NCBI GenBank assembly: GCA_020621865.1
Contig: JAHRYW010000013.1
Coordinates: forward strand, 12,289 to 76,288
DNA length: 64,000 bases
Origin: Betaproteobacteria bacterium
GTDB lineage: Bacteria > Pseudomonadota > Gammaproteobacteria > Burkholderiales > Rhodocyclaceae
Reading direction: 5' to 3'
Notes under the pieces: generated by a model
Told to the model about the DNA's origin: nothing
Seen by the model: only the letters and a program-made list of their open reading frames with translations
The model's database searches: none
Made by a program: the position numbers and the translations under genes
Shown: positions 42,525-54,161 of the stretch, in pieces
Layout of the letters: the number at the start of each line of letters is the position of its first letter
How positions within the stretch are numbered: the stretch's first letter is position 1

Positions 42525-44609
42525 TCAGCGCCGATGCAGTTCGAAGCCGGCGATCAGCGTATCGAGCTGGTGGGCGGTCTCCAGCAACTCGTCGGCGGCC
42601 TTCTTGGCCGAGTGCGCCGAACTGCTGTTGCGTTCGATCAGGTCGGTGATCTGCTGCATGCTGACGGCGACTTCCTCGCTGGCCACGCCCTGCTGGCGGG
42701 CGGCATCGGAAATCTGCCCGGCCATCTGCGAGACCTGGCTCGACGACTGGGTGATGCCCTCCAGTCCGGCGACGCTCTGGCGCAGCTTGCCGATGCCGGT
42801 TTCGACTTCCTGGGCGGCAATGTCCATGCTGGCCACGGCCTGGGCGGTGACGCTCTGGATCTCGGTGACGGTGGTATTGATGTCAGCTGTCGAGGTCGTC
42901 GTTCTTTCGGCCAGCTTGCGGACCTCGTCGGCGACCACCGCGAAGCCGCGTCCCTGCTCGCCGGCACGGGCAGCCTCGATGGCCGCGTTGAGGGCCAGCA
43001 GGTTGGTCTGGCTGGCGATGTCGGCAATGACGCGGGTGATGTCGCCAATCTTGTTGATCGACTGGTTCAACTGGTCGATGGTCGTGTTCGAAGCATGCAC
43101 CGCTTCGACCACCCGGGTCGTCGCAGCCATGCTCTGGCTGATGTTGGCGTTGCTCTGGCTGACCTGGTCCTGCGAGGCGCGGGCGGCCGTTGCCGTCTCC
43201 TGCGCATTGGCTGCCACCTCCTGGACCGACTGGCTGAATTCCTCGGTCGCCGCCGCAACACCTTCGGCGCTGGCCTGCTGCTGCTCGGATTGCGTGGCAA
43301 CCTGGGCCATCTGCGATTCGAGCAGGCGGCAACGGGTGTCGATCGCCTTCGATGCGCTGGCGATGTCGTCCAGCATGGCCTTCAGCGTCCCCTGCATGGT
43401 TGCCAGGTTGCACATCAGCAAGCCGCATTCATCGCGGCCGTCGATATCGATCTCGTCGGTCAGCTTGCCTTCGCCAATCCGTCCGAAATGGGCCACCACT
43501 TTCTTCAGCGGCCCGAGGATCGAAGCGATCAGCAGCAGGCTGCCGACCAGGCTGCCGAGCACGCCAAGCAGCGCCGTGCCGGCGGTGATATTGCGGGCCG
43601 ACCGGTAAGCGCCTTCGGCAGCGGCGAAATCCTTTTCGGCGGCCTGGGCGAGTTCGGCGATCAGGGCGTCGCCGTCACGCTTCATGTCGGCGTAGAGCGG
43701 GTTGATGTTCTTCAGCAGCACTTCGTTGGCCTGCTGGAACTTGCCTTCGGCCAGCAGGCCGCGGGCGACGTTGATGCCTTCCTGCGAGAAACGCTCGCGG
43801 GTCTTGCCGAACTGTTCAAGCTGCGCCCGGGCCGATTCGCCCAACCCAACCGCCTTGAGCTGATCGAGCAGGCGGTTGATTTCCTCCCGGTTCTTCAGCG
43901 TGTTGTCGATGTGCAGTTCGAGCGGGTGCTCGTGCAGCCGGGCGCTCGGATTGGCTGGGTCGTGCTGCAGCGCCAGCATGACCTGCGAGCGATTGTCGGC
44001 GAGCAGGAACATGATCTTGCTGGCGAGGTTCGAGGGCGTCAGCATTTCCTTGTACAGGCGCTCCAGGCGCTCATTGCTCTCGCTCATGCCATGCAGGCCG
44101 ATCAGGCCGACCGCCGCGATCAGCGCAAGTACGAAGGCGCAGCCAGCCCACAGGCGGGCGCGCAGGGAAAGGGTGCGTTTGCCGGTCGTCGGCAGGCTGC
44201 CTTTCTGGCCGGCCGCCCGGTAGGCCGCCTCGGCGGCGGCCCGCTTGTCGCTCGGTGCCGGCGTGCGCACCGACATGTAGCCGGTGATCTGCCCGTTCTG
44301 CTTGAGCGGAACGACGAAGGCCTCGACCCAGTAGAAATCGCCGTTCTTGCAGCGATTCTTGACGAGCCCGCGCCAGGGCAGGCCCGACTTGACGGTCGTC
44401 CAGAGGTCGGCGAAGGCCGCTTCCGGCATGTCGGGATGGCGCACGATGTTGTGGCTGCTGCCGATCAGTTCGGCCCGCGTGAAGCCGCTGATATTGACGA
44501 AGGCGTCGTTGGCCTGGGTGATGACACCTTTCAGGTCGGTACGCGAGACCAGGTAACAACCCGATGGAAAGGGAATTTCTCTTTGGCTGACAGGCTGATT
44601 GTTTTTCAT
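42525..44609 (-). CDS. PAS-containing methyl-accepting chemotaxis protein (Aer-like N-terminus)
   Basis: SRTDLKG...[13 protein letters not shown]; two TMs with periplasmic domain; HAMP; [18 protein letters not shown]. Confidence 0.92.
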   Translation of the reverse strand: MKNNQPVSQREIPFPSGCYLVSRTDLKGVITQANDAFVNISGFTRAELIGSSHNIVRHPDMPEAAFADLWTTVKSGLPWRGLVKNRCKNGDFYWVEAFVVPLKQNGQITGYMSVRTPAPSDKRAAAEAAYRAAGQKGSLPTTGKRTLSLRARLWAGCAFVLALIAAVGLIGLHGMSESNERLERLYKEMLTPSNLASKIMFLLADNRSQVMLALQHDPANPSARLHEHPLELHIDNTLKNREEINRLLDQLKAVGLGESARAQLEQFGKTRERFSQEGINVARGLLAEGKFQQANEVLLKNINPLYADMKRDGDALIAELAQAAEKDFAAAEGAYRSARNITAGTALLGVLGSLVGSLLLIASILGPLKKVVAHFGRIGEGKLTDEIDIDGRDECGLLMCNLATMQGTLKAMLDDIASASKAIDTRCRLLESQMAQVATQSEQQQASAEGVAAATEEFSQSVQEVAANAQETATAARASQDQVSQSNANISQSMAATTRVVEAVHASNTTIDQLNQSINKIGDITRVIADIASQTNLLALNAAIEAARAGEQGRGFAVVADEVRKLAERTTTSTADINTTVTEIQSVTAQAVASMDIAAQEVETGIGKLRQSVAGLEGITQSSSQVSQMAGQISDAARQQGVASEEVAVSMQQITDLIERNSSSAHSAKKAADELLETAHQLDTLIAGFELHRR

Positions 44610-44829
44610 GGCGGCAGAGGTTGGGGGGCGGTTATCTTTATGGAAATACCCGGCCGGTAAGAATGGCCGAAAGCAATTACAGCGCGCTGAATACTAGCGG
44701 GAATTGACCCGCTTGGTGAAAAGGCTTTTCGCTGTATCTCCTTGTCATTAGGCGCTTTTCGGGCATTTGTCATAGCCCGTCGGCGGGTGCCTCGGCTGGC
44801 GAGGGTTTGCAATATTTTCCCGACGAGCC

Positions 44830-44856
44830 CTTGAAATCCGTTCTACCCACCCCTAT
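44830..44856 (+). promoter_or_regulatory. Sigma32 heat-shock promoter
   Basis: CTTGAA-N14-CCCCTAT upstream of groES. Confidence 0.75.
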
Positions 44857-44858
44857 TA

Positions 44859-44885
44859 TTAGCACTCACCGGGGGCGAGTGCTAA
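44859..44885. promoter_or_regulatory. CIRCE element (HrcA operator)
   Basis: Perfect TTAGCACTC-N9-GAGTGCTAA. Confidence 0.95.
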
Positions 44886-44972
44886 CAACCCTTCGTATCC
44901 GGTCCCGGCACTGCGCCGATGCGCATCCGGCCAATTTCCAGTTTGTAGCAACTCATCATCAGGAGTCAGTTT

Positions 44973-45263
44973 ATGAATATCCGTCCTTTGCACGACCGTG
45001 TGATCGTCAAGCGTGTTGAAGCCGAGCGCACCACCGCTTCCGGCATCGTCCTCCCCGATTCCGCCGGCGAAAAGCCGGATCAGGGCGAAGTTCTGGCTGT
45101 CGGCCCGGGCAAGCGCGACGACAACGGCAAGCAGATTACCCTGGACGTCAAGGTGGGTGACCGCGTTCTGTTCGGCAAGTACGCCGGCCAGGCCGTCAAG
45201 GTCGATGGCCAGGAAGTCCTGGTCATGCGTGAAGAAGACATCATGGGCGTTCTGGTCGCTTAA
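44973..45263 (+). CDS. groES: Co-chaperonin GroES
   Basis: [10 protein letters not shown]... Confidence 0.98.
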   Translation: MNIRPLHDRVIVKRVEAERTTASGIVLPDSAGEKPDQGEVLAVGPGKRDDNGKQITLDVKVGDRVLFGKYAGQAVKVDGQEVLVMREEDIMGVLVA

Positions 45264-45279
45264 GCGCCAAGCCTTGTAA

Positions 45280-46959
<1,680 letters not shown>

Positions 46960-46986
46960 TGTCCGTCTGAGCCCCGTTGCTCGAAG

Positions 46987-47012
46987 AAGCCCCGCCTTGT
47001 GCGGGGCTTTTT
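46987..47012 (+). terminator. Intrinsic terminator of groESL
   Basis: aagccccgc-cttgt-gcggggctt then T run. Confidence 0.85.
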
Positions 47013-47077
47013 ATTTGGTGAACGAAAATCCTTGTATTTCAATATATTGATTCAAGTTCATGAAATTCGTTACGCGC

Positions 47078-47110
47078 TGTAAGTTAGCTGTAAGACGCCG
47101 CGCCTAAATT
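47078..47110 (+). promoter_or_regulatory. Direct-repeat activator site and -10 box upstream of DUF485-actP
   Basis: TGTAAG-N5-TGTAAG-N10-TAAATT; same layout on the minus strand at 49694-49726. Confidence 0.55.
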
Positions 47111-47157
47111 ACGCTCCGCAGCACTACCTCTATAACCAGAATCTGAGGAGCAAATCA

Positions 47158-47466
47158 ATGCAAGACGTACTTGATCGGGTTACATCCAATCCGAAATTCC
47201 ATGAGTTCATCGCCATGCGCAGTCGGTATGGCATCATCATGTCGATCATCAGCGCGGCCGCTTACTACGGCTTCATTCTGCTGGTCGCTTACGACAAAGA
47301 GTTTCTGGCCGCCAAGTTGGGCGCCGGTATGACCACCAGCGTCGGTGTGCCGATGGGCGTCGGCGTCATCGTCTTCACCATCCTGCTGACTTGGATCTAC
47401 GTTCGCCGCGCCAACACCGAGTTCGACACGACCAATGAGAACATCATCAAGGAGGCGCAGAAATAA
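47158..47466 (+). CDS. DUF485 (YjcH-like) membrane protein
   Basis: Two TMs, [10 protein letters not shown]; usual partner upstream of actP. Confidence 0.9.
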   Translation: MQDVLDRVTSNPKFHEFIAMRSRYGIIMSIISAAAYYGFILLVAYDKEFLAAKLGAGMTTSVGVPMGVGVIVFTILLTWIYVRRANTEFDTTNENIIKEAQK

Positions 47467-47467
47467 T

Positions 47468-49144
47468 ATGACTCTCAAGCACATTCTTTCCGCCGTTGCC
47501 GCGCTGGCTGTTGCCGGTGGCGCCATGGCCGCCGGTGCCGATCTCGGCAACACGCAACAGCAGGCCACCAACTGGACGGCCATCGTGATGTTCGCCGCCT
47601 TCGTTGGCTTTACGCTGTACATCACCAAGCTGGCTGCTGCCAAGACCAAGTCCGCTGCCGACTTCTACACCGGCGGTGGTGGTATCACCGGCTTCCAGAA
47701 CGGCCTGGCGATCGCTGGCGACTACATGTCCGCCGCGTCTTTCCTGGGTATTTCCGGTCTGGTGTTCGCTAACGGTTTCGACGGCCTGATCTTCTCGATC
47801 GGCTGGCTGGTCGGTTGGCCGGTCATCACCTTCCTGATGGCTGAACGCCTGCGTAACCTCGGCAAGTTCACCTTTGCCGACGTCGCTTCCTACCGTTTCT
47901 CCCAGACCCCGGTCCGCGTCTTCGCCGCTTCCGCTTCGCTGGTCATCGTCGCCTTCTACATGATTGCGCAGATGGTCGGTGCCGGTCAGCTGATCAAGGT
48001 GTTGTTCGGTCTGGAATACATGTATGCCGAAATCCTGGTCGGTATCGTGATGCTGATGTACGTGCTGTTCGGCGGTATGACCGCAACGACCTGGGTGCAG
48101 ATCATCAAGGCCTGCATGCTGCTCGGCGGTGCCACCTTCATGGCCGTGGCTGTGCTGCTGCAATTCGGCTTCTCGCCGGAAGCCCTGTTCACCAAGGCTG
48201 TTGAAGTTCACTCCAAGAAGGATGCCATCATGGGTCCGGGCGCACTGATCAAGGATCCGATCTCCGCCATCTCGGTCGGTATGGCCCTGATGTTCGGTAC
48301 CGCCGGCCTGCCGCACATCCTGATGCGCTTCTTCACCGTGCCGAATGCCAAGGAAGCCCGCAAGTCCGTTGCCTGGGCAACCACCTGGATCGGTTACTTC
48401 TACATCCTGACCTTCATCATCGGCTTCGGCGCCATCACCAACCTGATCCAGAATCCGGGCGACTTCTACGTCGGCGGCGAAATCGCCAAGGGCTTGAAGG
48501 GCGGTGGCAACATGGCTGCTGTGCATCTGTCCAAGGCAGTTGGCGGTGACCTGTTCCTCGGCTTCATCTCGGCCGTGGCCTTCGCTACCATCCTGGCTGT
48601 TGTGGCTGGTCTGACCCTGTCCGGTGCCTCTGCCGTGTCGCATGACCTGTACGCTTCCGTGTTCAACAAGGGCTGCTCGTCCGAGCAGGAGCTGCGCGTT
48701 TCCAAGATCGCCACCATCTGCCTCGGCGCGCTGGCCATCTTCCTCGGCATTGCGTTCGAAAAGCAGAACGTCGCTTACATGGTCATGCTGGCCTTCACCA
48801 TCGCTTGTTCCTCCAACTTCCCGGTCCTCTTCATGTCCGTGCTGTGGAAGAACTGCACCACCAAGGGCGCTGTTACCGGTGGCTTCGTCGGCCTGATCCT
48901 GGCTGCCGTGCTGACCATTGGCTCCGCCTCGGTGTGGGAAGCGGTGATGGGTAACCCGAAGGGTTCTGCCTGGTTCCCGTACAACTCTGCCGCCATCTTC
49001 TCGATGTCTGCTGCCTTCTTCACGATCTGGCTGGTTTCCATTCTGGACAACTCTGCCCAGGCCAAGAAGGAACGTGCCCTGTATCCGTCGCAGCAGCTGC
49101 GTTCGGAAACCGGTCTGGGTGCTTCCGGCGCCAGCGGCCACTAA
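47468..49144 (+). CDS. actP: Cation/acetate symporter ActP (SSS family)
   Basis: [31 protein letters not shown] motifs. Confidence 0.93.
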   Translation: MTLKHILSAVAALAVAGGAMAAGADLGNTQQQATNWTAIVMFAAFVGFTLYITKLAAAKTKSAADFYTGGGGITGFQNGLAIAGDYMSAASFLGISGLVFANGFDGLIFSIGWLVGWPVITFLMAERLRNLGKFTFADVASYRFSQTPVRVFAASASLVIVAFYMIAQMVGAGQLIKVLFGLEYMYAEILVGIVMLMYVLFGGMTATTWVQIIKACMLLGGATFMAVAVLLQFGFSPEALFTKAVEVHSKKDAIMGPGALIKDPISAISVGMALMFGTAGLPHILMRFFTVPNAKEARKSVAWATTWIGYFYILTFIIGFGAITNLIQNPGDFYVGGEIAKGLKGGGNMAAVHLSKAVGGDLFLGFISAVAFATILAVVAGLTLSGASAVSHDLYASVFNKGCSSEQELRVSKIATICLGALAIFLGIAFEKQNVAYMVMLAFTIACSSNFPVLFMSVLWKNCTTKGAVTGGFVGLILAAVLTIGSASVWEAVMGNPKGSAWFPYNSAAIFSMSAAFFTIWLVSILDNSAQAKKERALYPSQQLRSETGLGASGASGH

Positions 49145-49164
49145 TCAGACGACACTTCGTCAGC

Positions 49165-49194
49165 AAAAAGCCCGGGGTAACCCGGGCTTTTTTT
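49165..49194. terminator. Intrinsic terminator after actP
   Basis: aaaaagcccggg-gtaa-cccgggcttttttt. Confidence 0.85.
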
Positions 49195-49236
49195 GTTTTT
49201 GAATTTTGGCCATTTTTTCGGCCTGACCGTAGCATT
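49195..49236 (-). repeat. Dispersed 42-bp motif copy 9 (abuts terminator)
   Basis: revcomp AATGCTACGGTCAGGCCGAAAAAATGGCCAAAATTCAAAAAC. Confidence 0.9.
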
Positions 49237-49593
49237 GAACCGCGACCCCGCAGTTGACCGCTTACCCGTCAATGGATAGCCGCATGCGCACGGGCCTTTG
49301 TGTCTTTGAGACAATTCCCCCGTTGGGTGACAGTGCTACGCGGCGGCTGGCACGTCTGCTCGGGCGTCCGGCTTTGTCGCCCCTCCTCGCAGGCACGAGA
49401 GCCTGCCGCGTCCGCAAGGGGATACCGCTCCCTGCTGCGCAGGGACCATATCGTCGCTTCGCGTCGGCCATTCCGCCTAAACGCGCCATCAGGCGCGTCA
49501 ATCTGATGTTTCAAGGTTGAAAAAATGCGGGCGTGCTGATGCGCTGCGGAAATCGCAGGCCGGATTATTTGATAGACTGTGTGCGTTTGGCGG

Positions 49594-49688
49594 GAAAAAA
49601 ACGGTAGGGGGTAGCCCAGTGCAGGATCGGACCACCCCCTGAGTCGCGCTGGAACCGCGACTCCGAAGACCATAAAAGGAGAACAGCC
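49594..49688 (-). ncRNA. Candidate trans-acting sRNA (~95 nt)
   Basis: Minus-strand promoter CGTAAG-N5-TGTAAG-N10-TATTCT; UUCUCCUUUUAUGG seed; two hairpins; terminal U run. Confidence 0.5.
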
Positions 49689-49747
49689 CGCACAGAATAA
49701 TGCGACAGGCTTACAAAAATCTTACGCCTGACAGGCAGACCGGATAA

Positions 49748-50419
49748 ATGCGCATCCTTATCGCTGAAGACGACACCATCATCGCCGATGGTCTTTCCCG
49801 CTCCCTTCGTCATGGGGGCTACGCTGTCGATTGGGCACCGAACGGACTGGAGGCCGATACGGCGCTGCTCACCGCTGCCTACGATCTGCTGATCCTCGAT
49901 CTCGGTCTACCCAAACTGTCCGGCCTGGAGGTGCTAAAACGCCTGCGGGCGCGCAACTCGCAGCTGCCGGTGCTGATCCTGACCGCACTCGACGGCACCG
50001 GCGATCGCGTCAAGGGGCTCGATCTTGGCGCCGACGACTACATGGTCAAGCCTTTCGAGCTGCCCGAACTCGAAGCCCGCGTCCGGGCGCTGACCCGCCG
50101 CTCCGCCGGCACCGCGCCAACCATCGTTTGCGGCGCGCTGAGCTACGATCAGGTCGGCCGAGTGGCCCAGGTCAATGGCCAGCAACTCGAACTCTCGGCC
50201 CGCGAAGTCGGCCTGCTCGAAGTCCTGCTCAGCCGCATGGGCCGTCTGGTTAGCAAGGACCAACTGGTCGACCATCTGTGCGGCTGGGGCGAGGAAGTCA
50301 GCCACAACGCCATCGAGGTCTACGTCCATCGGCTGCGCAAGAAGATCGAGCCGGGTGGCGTCAGGATCGCCACCGTTCGCGGCCTGGGTTATTGCCTTGA
50401 GCGACCCCAAGGCGAGTAA
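49748..50419 (+). CDS. tctD: OmpR-family response regulator, TctD-like
   Basis: LILDLGLP, GADDYMVKPF, NAIEVYVHRLRKK. Confidence 0.8.
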   Translation: MRILIAEDDTIIADGLSRSLRHGGYAVDWAPNGLEADTALLTAAYDLLILDLGLPKLSGLEVLKRLRARNSQLPVLILTALDGTGDRVKGLDLGADDYMVKPFELPELEARVRALTRRSAGTAPTIVCGALSYDQVGRVAQVNGQQLELSAREVGLLEVLLSRMGRLVSKDQLVDHLCGWGEEVSHNAIEVYVHRLRKKIEPGGVRIATVRGLGYCLERPQGE

Positions 50420-51902
50420 GCCCCTGCCGCCGACGTCCGAAACCGAGCGCTCGCTGTTTGGCGAGATTCTCGACTGGATGCTGGCGCCCCTGCTTTTCGT
50501 CTGGCCGTTGAGCATCGCCTTTACCCATTACTTCGCCAACAACGTCGCCAATTTTCCCTACGACCAGGCCTTGCGCGAACATGTCTCGGCGATCGCCCGG
50601 CAGATCAAGCTGGTCAATGGCAAGCCGCTGCTCTCGCTGCCCGCTTCGGCCCGGGCGTTACTGCGGGCTGATGAAACCGACAGCGTCTATTTTCACGTGA
50701 TGACCGTCGACGGCAAGTTGCTGGCCGGCGACAAGGACCTGCCAACGGCCGACCTGTCGCCCGGTGAATCGACGATTCCCGGTGAAATCTACCTGCGTGA
50801 TGCCGACTACCGTGGCCAGGACCTGCGTCTGGCCTACACCTATCTGGCCGAGCCCAAGATGCAGAAATCTCAGTGGGTGCTGATCGAGGTCGGCGAAACC
50901 ACCGAAAAGCGCAGCCAACTGGTCAACAAGATCGTGGCCAGCGTGATCCTGCCCCAGTTCATCATCATCCCGCTCGCCGTTATGCTCGTCTGGTTCGGTC
51001 TGTCGCGCGGTCTGCGCCCCTTGACCCGCCTGCGCCAGACCATCGAGGCACGGGAACCGGCCGACCTCTCGCCGATCGCCACCCGGCGCGTGCCGGAAGA
51101 GCTGGAACCGCTGGTCGAGGCCTTCAACGAAATGCTCGAACGCATGAAGCGCAATGTCGAAGCCCAGCAGCGCTTCGTCGCCGACGCCGCCCACCAGATG
51201 CGCACCCCGCTGACCGGGCTGAAAACTCAGGCCCAGCTTGCCTACCGCGAAACCGACCCGGCTGCGCTGCGCCACGCCCTGCGCCAGATCGCCACTGGCG
51301 TCGACCGGGCCGGGCGCCTGGTCAACCAGCTGCTGACGCTCGCCCGCACCGAGGGCGGCGAGCACGCCCAGCAAAAGCACGAGCCACTTGATCTCGCCCA
51401 ACTGCTTCGCGAGGTCGTCGAAGACTGGGTGATGACCGCGATCGAGAAGGACATCGACCTCGGTTACGAGTCCGACGGCCCGGCGATGATCCTTGGCAAC
51501 CCCTTCCTGCTCCGCGAACTGGCCAAAAACCTGATCGACAATGCCCTGCGCTACACCCCCAATGGCGGCCACGTCACCTGCCGTGTGCTGGCCACCCCGG
51601 CGACGGTGCTACTGGAGGTTGAAGACAACGGTATCGGCATCAGCGAGGAGCAGGCCGAACTGGTCTTCGAGCGCTTTTACCGGGTCGACGACGCAACCAC
51701 TGAAGGCAGCGGGCTCGGCCTCGCCATCGTCCAGGAAATCGCCATGCAGCACGAATCACGCGCCAGTCTGCGGCCCAATCCCAGCGGCAAGGGCGCTGTT
51801 GCCCGCGTCGCCTTTGCCGCCTGGCACCAGCCCCTGCCACCGCCGCCGGACCCCGACGATTTTTCTGAACTCTATCGGCAGACCCCGCCGATTGGCACCT
51901 GA
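50397..51902 (+). CDS. tctE: Sensor histidine kinase, TctE-like
   Basis: 2CSK_N-type periplasmic region (YDQAL), FVADAAHQMRTPL, NLIDNA, GSGLGL; start uncertain (TTG 50397). Confidence 0.8.
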   Translation: MSDPKASKPLPPTSETERSLFGEILDWMLAPLLFVWPLSIAFTHYFANNVANFPYDQALREHVSAIARQIKLVNGKPLLSLPASARALLRADETDSVYFHVMTVDGKLLAGDKDLPTADLSPGESTIPGEIYLRDADYRGQDLRLAYTYLAEPKMQKSQWVLIEVGETTEKRSQLVNKIVASVILPQFIIIPLAVMLVWFGLSRGLRPLTRLRQTIEAREPADLSPIATRRVPEELEPLVEAFNEMLERMKRNVEAQQRFVADAAHQMRTPLTGLKTQAQLAYRETDPAALRHALRQIATGVDRAGRLVNQLLTLARTEGGEHAQQKHEPLDLAQLLREVVEDWVMTAIEKDIDLGYESDGPAMILGNPFLLRELAKNLIDNALRYTPNGGHVTCRVLATPATVLLEVEDNGIGISEEQAELVFERFYRVDDATTEGSGLGLAIVQEIAMQHESRASLRPNPSGKGAVARVAFAAWHQPLPPPPDPDDFSELYRQTPPIGT

Positions 51903-51947
51903 GCCTGGCAGCCGGCGCAATCGATTGCCTGAAAATGCGACCAACAG

Positions 51948-51976
51948 TTGCGGAGCGCCAATCCCCCCGCTATAAT
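51948..51976 (+). promoter_or_regulatory. Stable-RNA sigma70 promoter
   Basis: TTGCGG-17bp-TATAAT then GC-rich discriminator gcgccc. Confidence 0.65.
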
Positions 51977-51989
51977 GCGCCCTCCTTTT

Positions 51990-52065
51990 GGCCAAGTAGC
52001 TCAGTTGGTAGAGCAGCGGATTGAAAATCCGCGTGTCGGTGGTTCGATTCCGCCCTTGGCCACCA
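51990..52065 (+). tRNA. tRNA-Phe (GAA)
   Basis: 76 nt; GGCCAAG/CTTGGCC acceptor, gcgga-TTGAAAA-tccgc anticodon arm, GGTTCGATT, CCA. Confidence 0.97.
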
Positions 52066-52076
52066 AAGAATTCCTA

Positions 52077-52112
52077 GTAAAAACGGCAACCCTAAGTGGT
52101 TGCCGTTTTTAC
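52077..52112 (+). terminator. Terminator after tRNA-Phe
   Basis: gtaaaaacggcaacc-ctaagt-ggttgccgtttttac. Confidence 0.8.
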
Positions 52113-52220
52113 TTGTCGGGCAGAAAATTCGCCTGCCGCTCGATTGCCGGCGTGGATTTTTCCATCCCCGGCCGGGTCGAAGTGGTTCACCATGCCCTTG
52201 TGGCATTTACAGGAGGCCAC

Positions 52221-52415
52221 TTGGCTAAACCCAATTATCAGTTCGAGAAGCGTCAAAGAGATCTCGCAAAGAAGAGCAAGCAGGAAGAAAAGCGACGCCA
52301 GAAGCTGGCCGCCAAAGAGAGCGGGCAGGAGTCCGGCAGTTCATTGACGCTTTCGTCCGAGGCCGAGGATTCATTGTCTTCCCCCGCGAAGGTGGGGATT
52401 TCTGGCGAGTCCTGA
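52221..52415 (+). CDS. Small basic hypothetical protein
   Basis: RBS aggagg plus TTG; [18 protein letters not shown]. Confidence 0.7.
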   Translation: MAKPNYQFEKRQRDLAKKSKQEEKRRQKLAAKESGQESGSSLTLSSEAEDSLSSPAKVGISGES

Positions 52416-53206
52416 TGGATCGCGAAGTGGACCGTCATACACCGACCGGAGGGGGCGTGCAGCCCATGGGGCCGGAGTATGTCAGTGCAGCCCGGGCCTT
52501 GTCCGCTGTCCTTGATCTGCCGGCTGACAGCACCGCCGGGTTTGTCTTGCAGCTCGGCGCGGAGGGTTTGCAATTGCTTGAGCTGGGTCCGCATGCCCCA
52601 GGTCCGCTGTCGGTGGATTTTGTTCGCGGTGCGTCGGCGCATCGGCGCTTGCAGGGGGGCGGCAATGGTCAGATGATCGCCAAGGCGCTGGGCATTCAGC
52701 CCGGCATTCGCCCCGAAATCCTTGATGCCACGGCCGGGCTGGGCCGCGATGCCTTTGTGCTGGCGCAACTGGGCTGCACCGTTACGCTGATTGAGCGACA
52801 TCCCGTCATCGCTGCCTTGCTGGCCGATGGTCTTCAGCGCGCTCGCCTTGATCCGGAGGTTGGGCCGATCATTGAGCGGATGCATTTGCGTCCGGGCAAT
52901 GCCATCGAGTTGATGAGTGCCTGGGAGGGCAACCCTCCCCAGGTGATCTATGTCGACCCGATGTTTCCGCATCGCGAGAAGAGTTCGCTGGTCAAGAAGG
53001 AAATGAGCATGCTCCGCCCCTTGGTCGGTGACGATCTCGATGCCCCCGCGCTCCTCGAAGCGGCGCTGGCTTTGGCGACCCATCGGGTCGTGGTCAAACG
53101 TCCGAGAAAGGCGCCCTGCATTTTCGGCCCATCGGTGGGCTATGTCCTGGAAGGCAAATCCAGCCGTTTCGATATTTATCCGAAGAAATCACTGAAGCTT
53201 CCGTGA
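52415..53206 (+). CDS. rsmJ: 16S rRNA m2G1516 methyltransferase RsmJ (YhiQ)
   Basis: [33 protein letters not shown] motifs. Confidence 0.9.
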   Translation: MDREVDRHTPTGGGVQPMGPEYVSAARALSAVLDLPADSTAGFVLQLGAEGLQLLELGPHAPGPLSVDFVRGASAHRRLQGGGNGQMIAKALGIQPGIRPEILDATAGLGRDAFVLAQLGCTVTLIERHPVIAALLADGLQRARLDPEVGPIIERMHLRPGNAIELMSAWEGNPPQVIYVDPMFPHREKSSLVKKEMSMLRPLVGDDLDAPALLEAALALATHRVVVKRPRKAPCIFGPSVGYVLEGKSSRFDIYPKKSLKLP

Positions 53207-53238
53207 TCGGCATCGCTCACGGGCGACCGACAGGCGCT

Positions 53239-53265
53239 TTGAAAATCCGCGTGTCGGTGGTTCGA
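53239..53265 (+). repeat. Direct repeat of tRNA-Phe 3' half (att-like)
   Basis: ttgaaaatccgcgtgtcggtggttcga identical to 52021-52047, then degenerate. Confidence 0.85.
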
Positions 53266-53348
53266 GTCTGCTCTTGGATCTCCGCAAGAACCCACCCCGC
53301 AAAGCTAGGCTCTTTGCTTTTGGGATTTGAATCGATCAATATCCGATT

Positions 53349-53558
53349 ATGAAACAGATGCGATTGATGGCTTTCCGCCTGCTTTGTCTGTTGCCGGTCT
53401 TTGCCTGCAGCGCTTGCTCGGTGGTCGCCGTGGCCGATGCCGCGGTGACGGTGGTGGCGACGACCGTCAAGGTCGGGGCGACCGTGGTCGAGACAACCGT
53501 CGATGTGGCGGCGGCGGGCGTCAAGGCGGTGGCCGGGGAGGCCGACGAAGAACAATAG
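53349..53558 (+). CDS. Small lipoprotein
   Basis: Lipobox-like ACSAC; Val/Ala/Thr-rich mature part. Confidence 0.65.
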   Translation: MKQMRLMAFRLLCLLPVFACSACSVVAVADAAVTVVATTVKVGATVVETTVDVAAAGVKAVAGEADEEQ

Positions 53559-53637
53559 TTGCTGGCGAGCTTGCCTGCAATGCTGTCGTAACATGCTCCA
53601 TCGATAATGCCGCTTTCCAAAAATAAAGAGACAAATC

Positions 53638-54093
53638 ATGGATCTGCTGCTGTGGCGCCATGCCGAGGCCGAGGATGGCGAGGATGATCTGAAGCGGCGC
53701 CTGACCGAGCGCGGCGAGAAGCAGGCGCGGGCGATGGGGGCGTGGATACGGGCGCACCAGCCCAAGGACTTGCGGATCATCGTCAGCCCGGCGGTGCGCA
53801 CCCAACAGACCGCCGAGGCGCTGAAGCTGCCGTTCGAGACGCATCGCAAGATCGGGCCGGAGGCTTGTGTGTCGGAATTGATTGCCGCGTCCGGTTGGCC
53901 GTCGGCACCGGGGTCGGTGCTGATCGTCGGGCATCAGCCTTCGCTCGGCAGGTTGGCCTCGCTGCTGCTGGCCGGTCATGAAACCGAATGGAGCATCAAG
54001 AAAGGTGCGCTGTGGTGGTTGAGCAACCGTGTGCGCCGCGGCGAAACGCAGACCGTCCTGCGCGCCATGATTCCGGTCGAATTGCTGGATTAA
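53638..54093 (+). CDS. sixA: Phosphohistidine phosphatase SixA
   Basis: LWRHAEA, SPAVRT, VGHQP motifs. Confidence 0.88.
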   Translation: MDLLLWRHAEAEDGEDDLKRRLTERGEKQARAMGAWIRAHQPKDLRIIVSPAVRTQQTAEALKLPFETHRKIGPEACVSELIAASGWPSAPGSVLIVGHQPSLGRLASLLLAGHETEWSIKKGALWWLSNRVRRGETQTVLRAMIPVELLD

Positions 54094-54161
54094 CCTGGGC
54101 TGGACAAGCCCCGCGCTTAGGCGTGAAATAAGCTCTTTGGCATCAGCAAACAGGGGGCGAG

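Noticed and set aside
49254-49590. Short ORFs in the actP-tctD intergenic region
   Set aside because: Overlapping on both strands with atypical composition and no RBS; region left unassigned.
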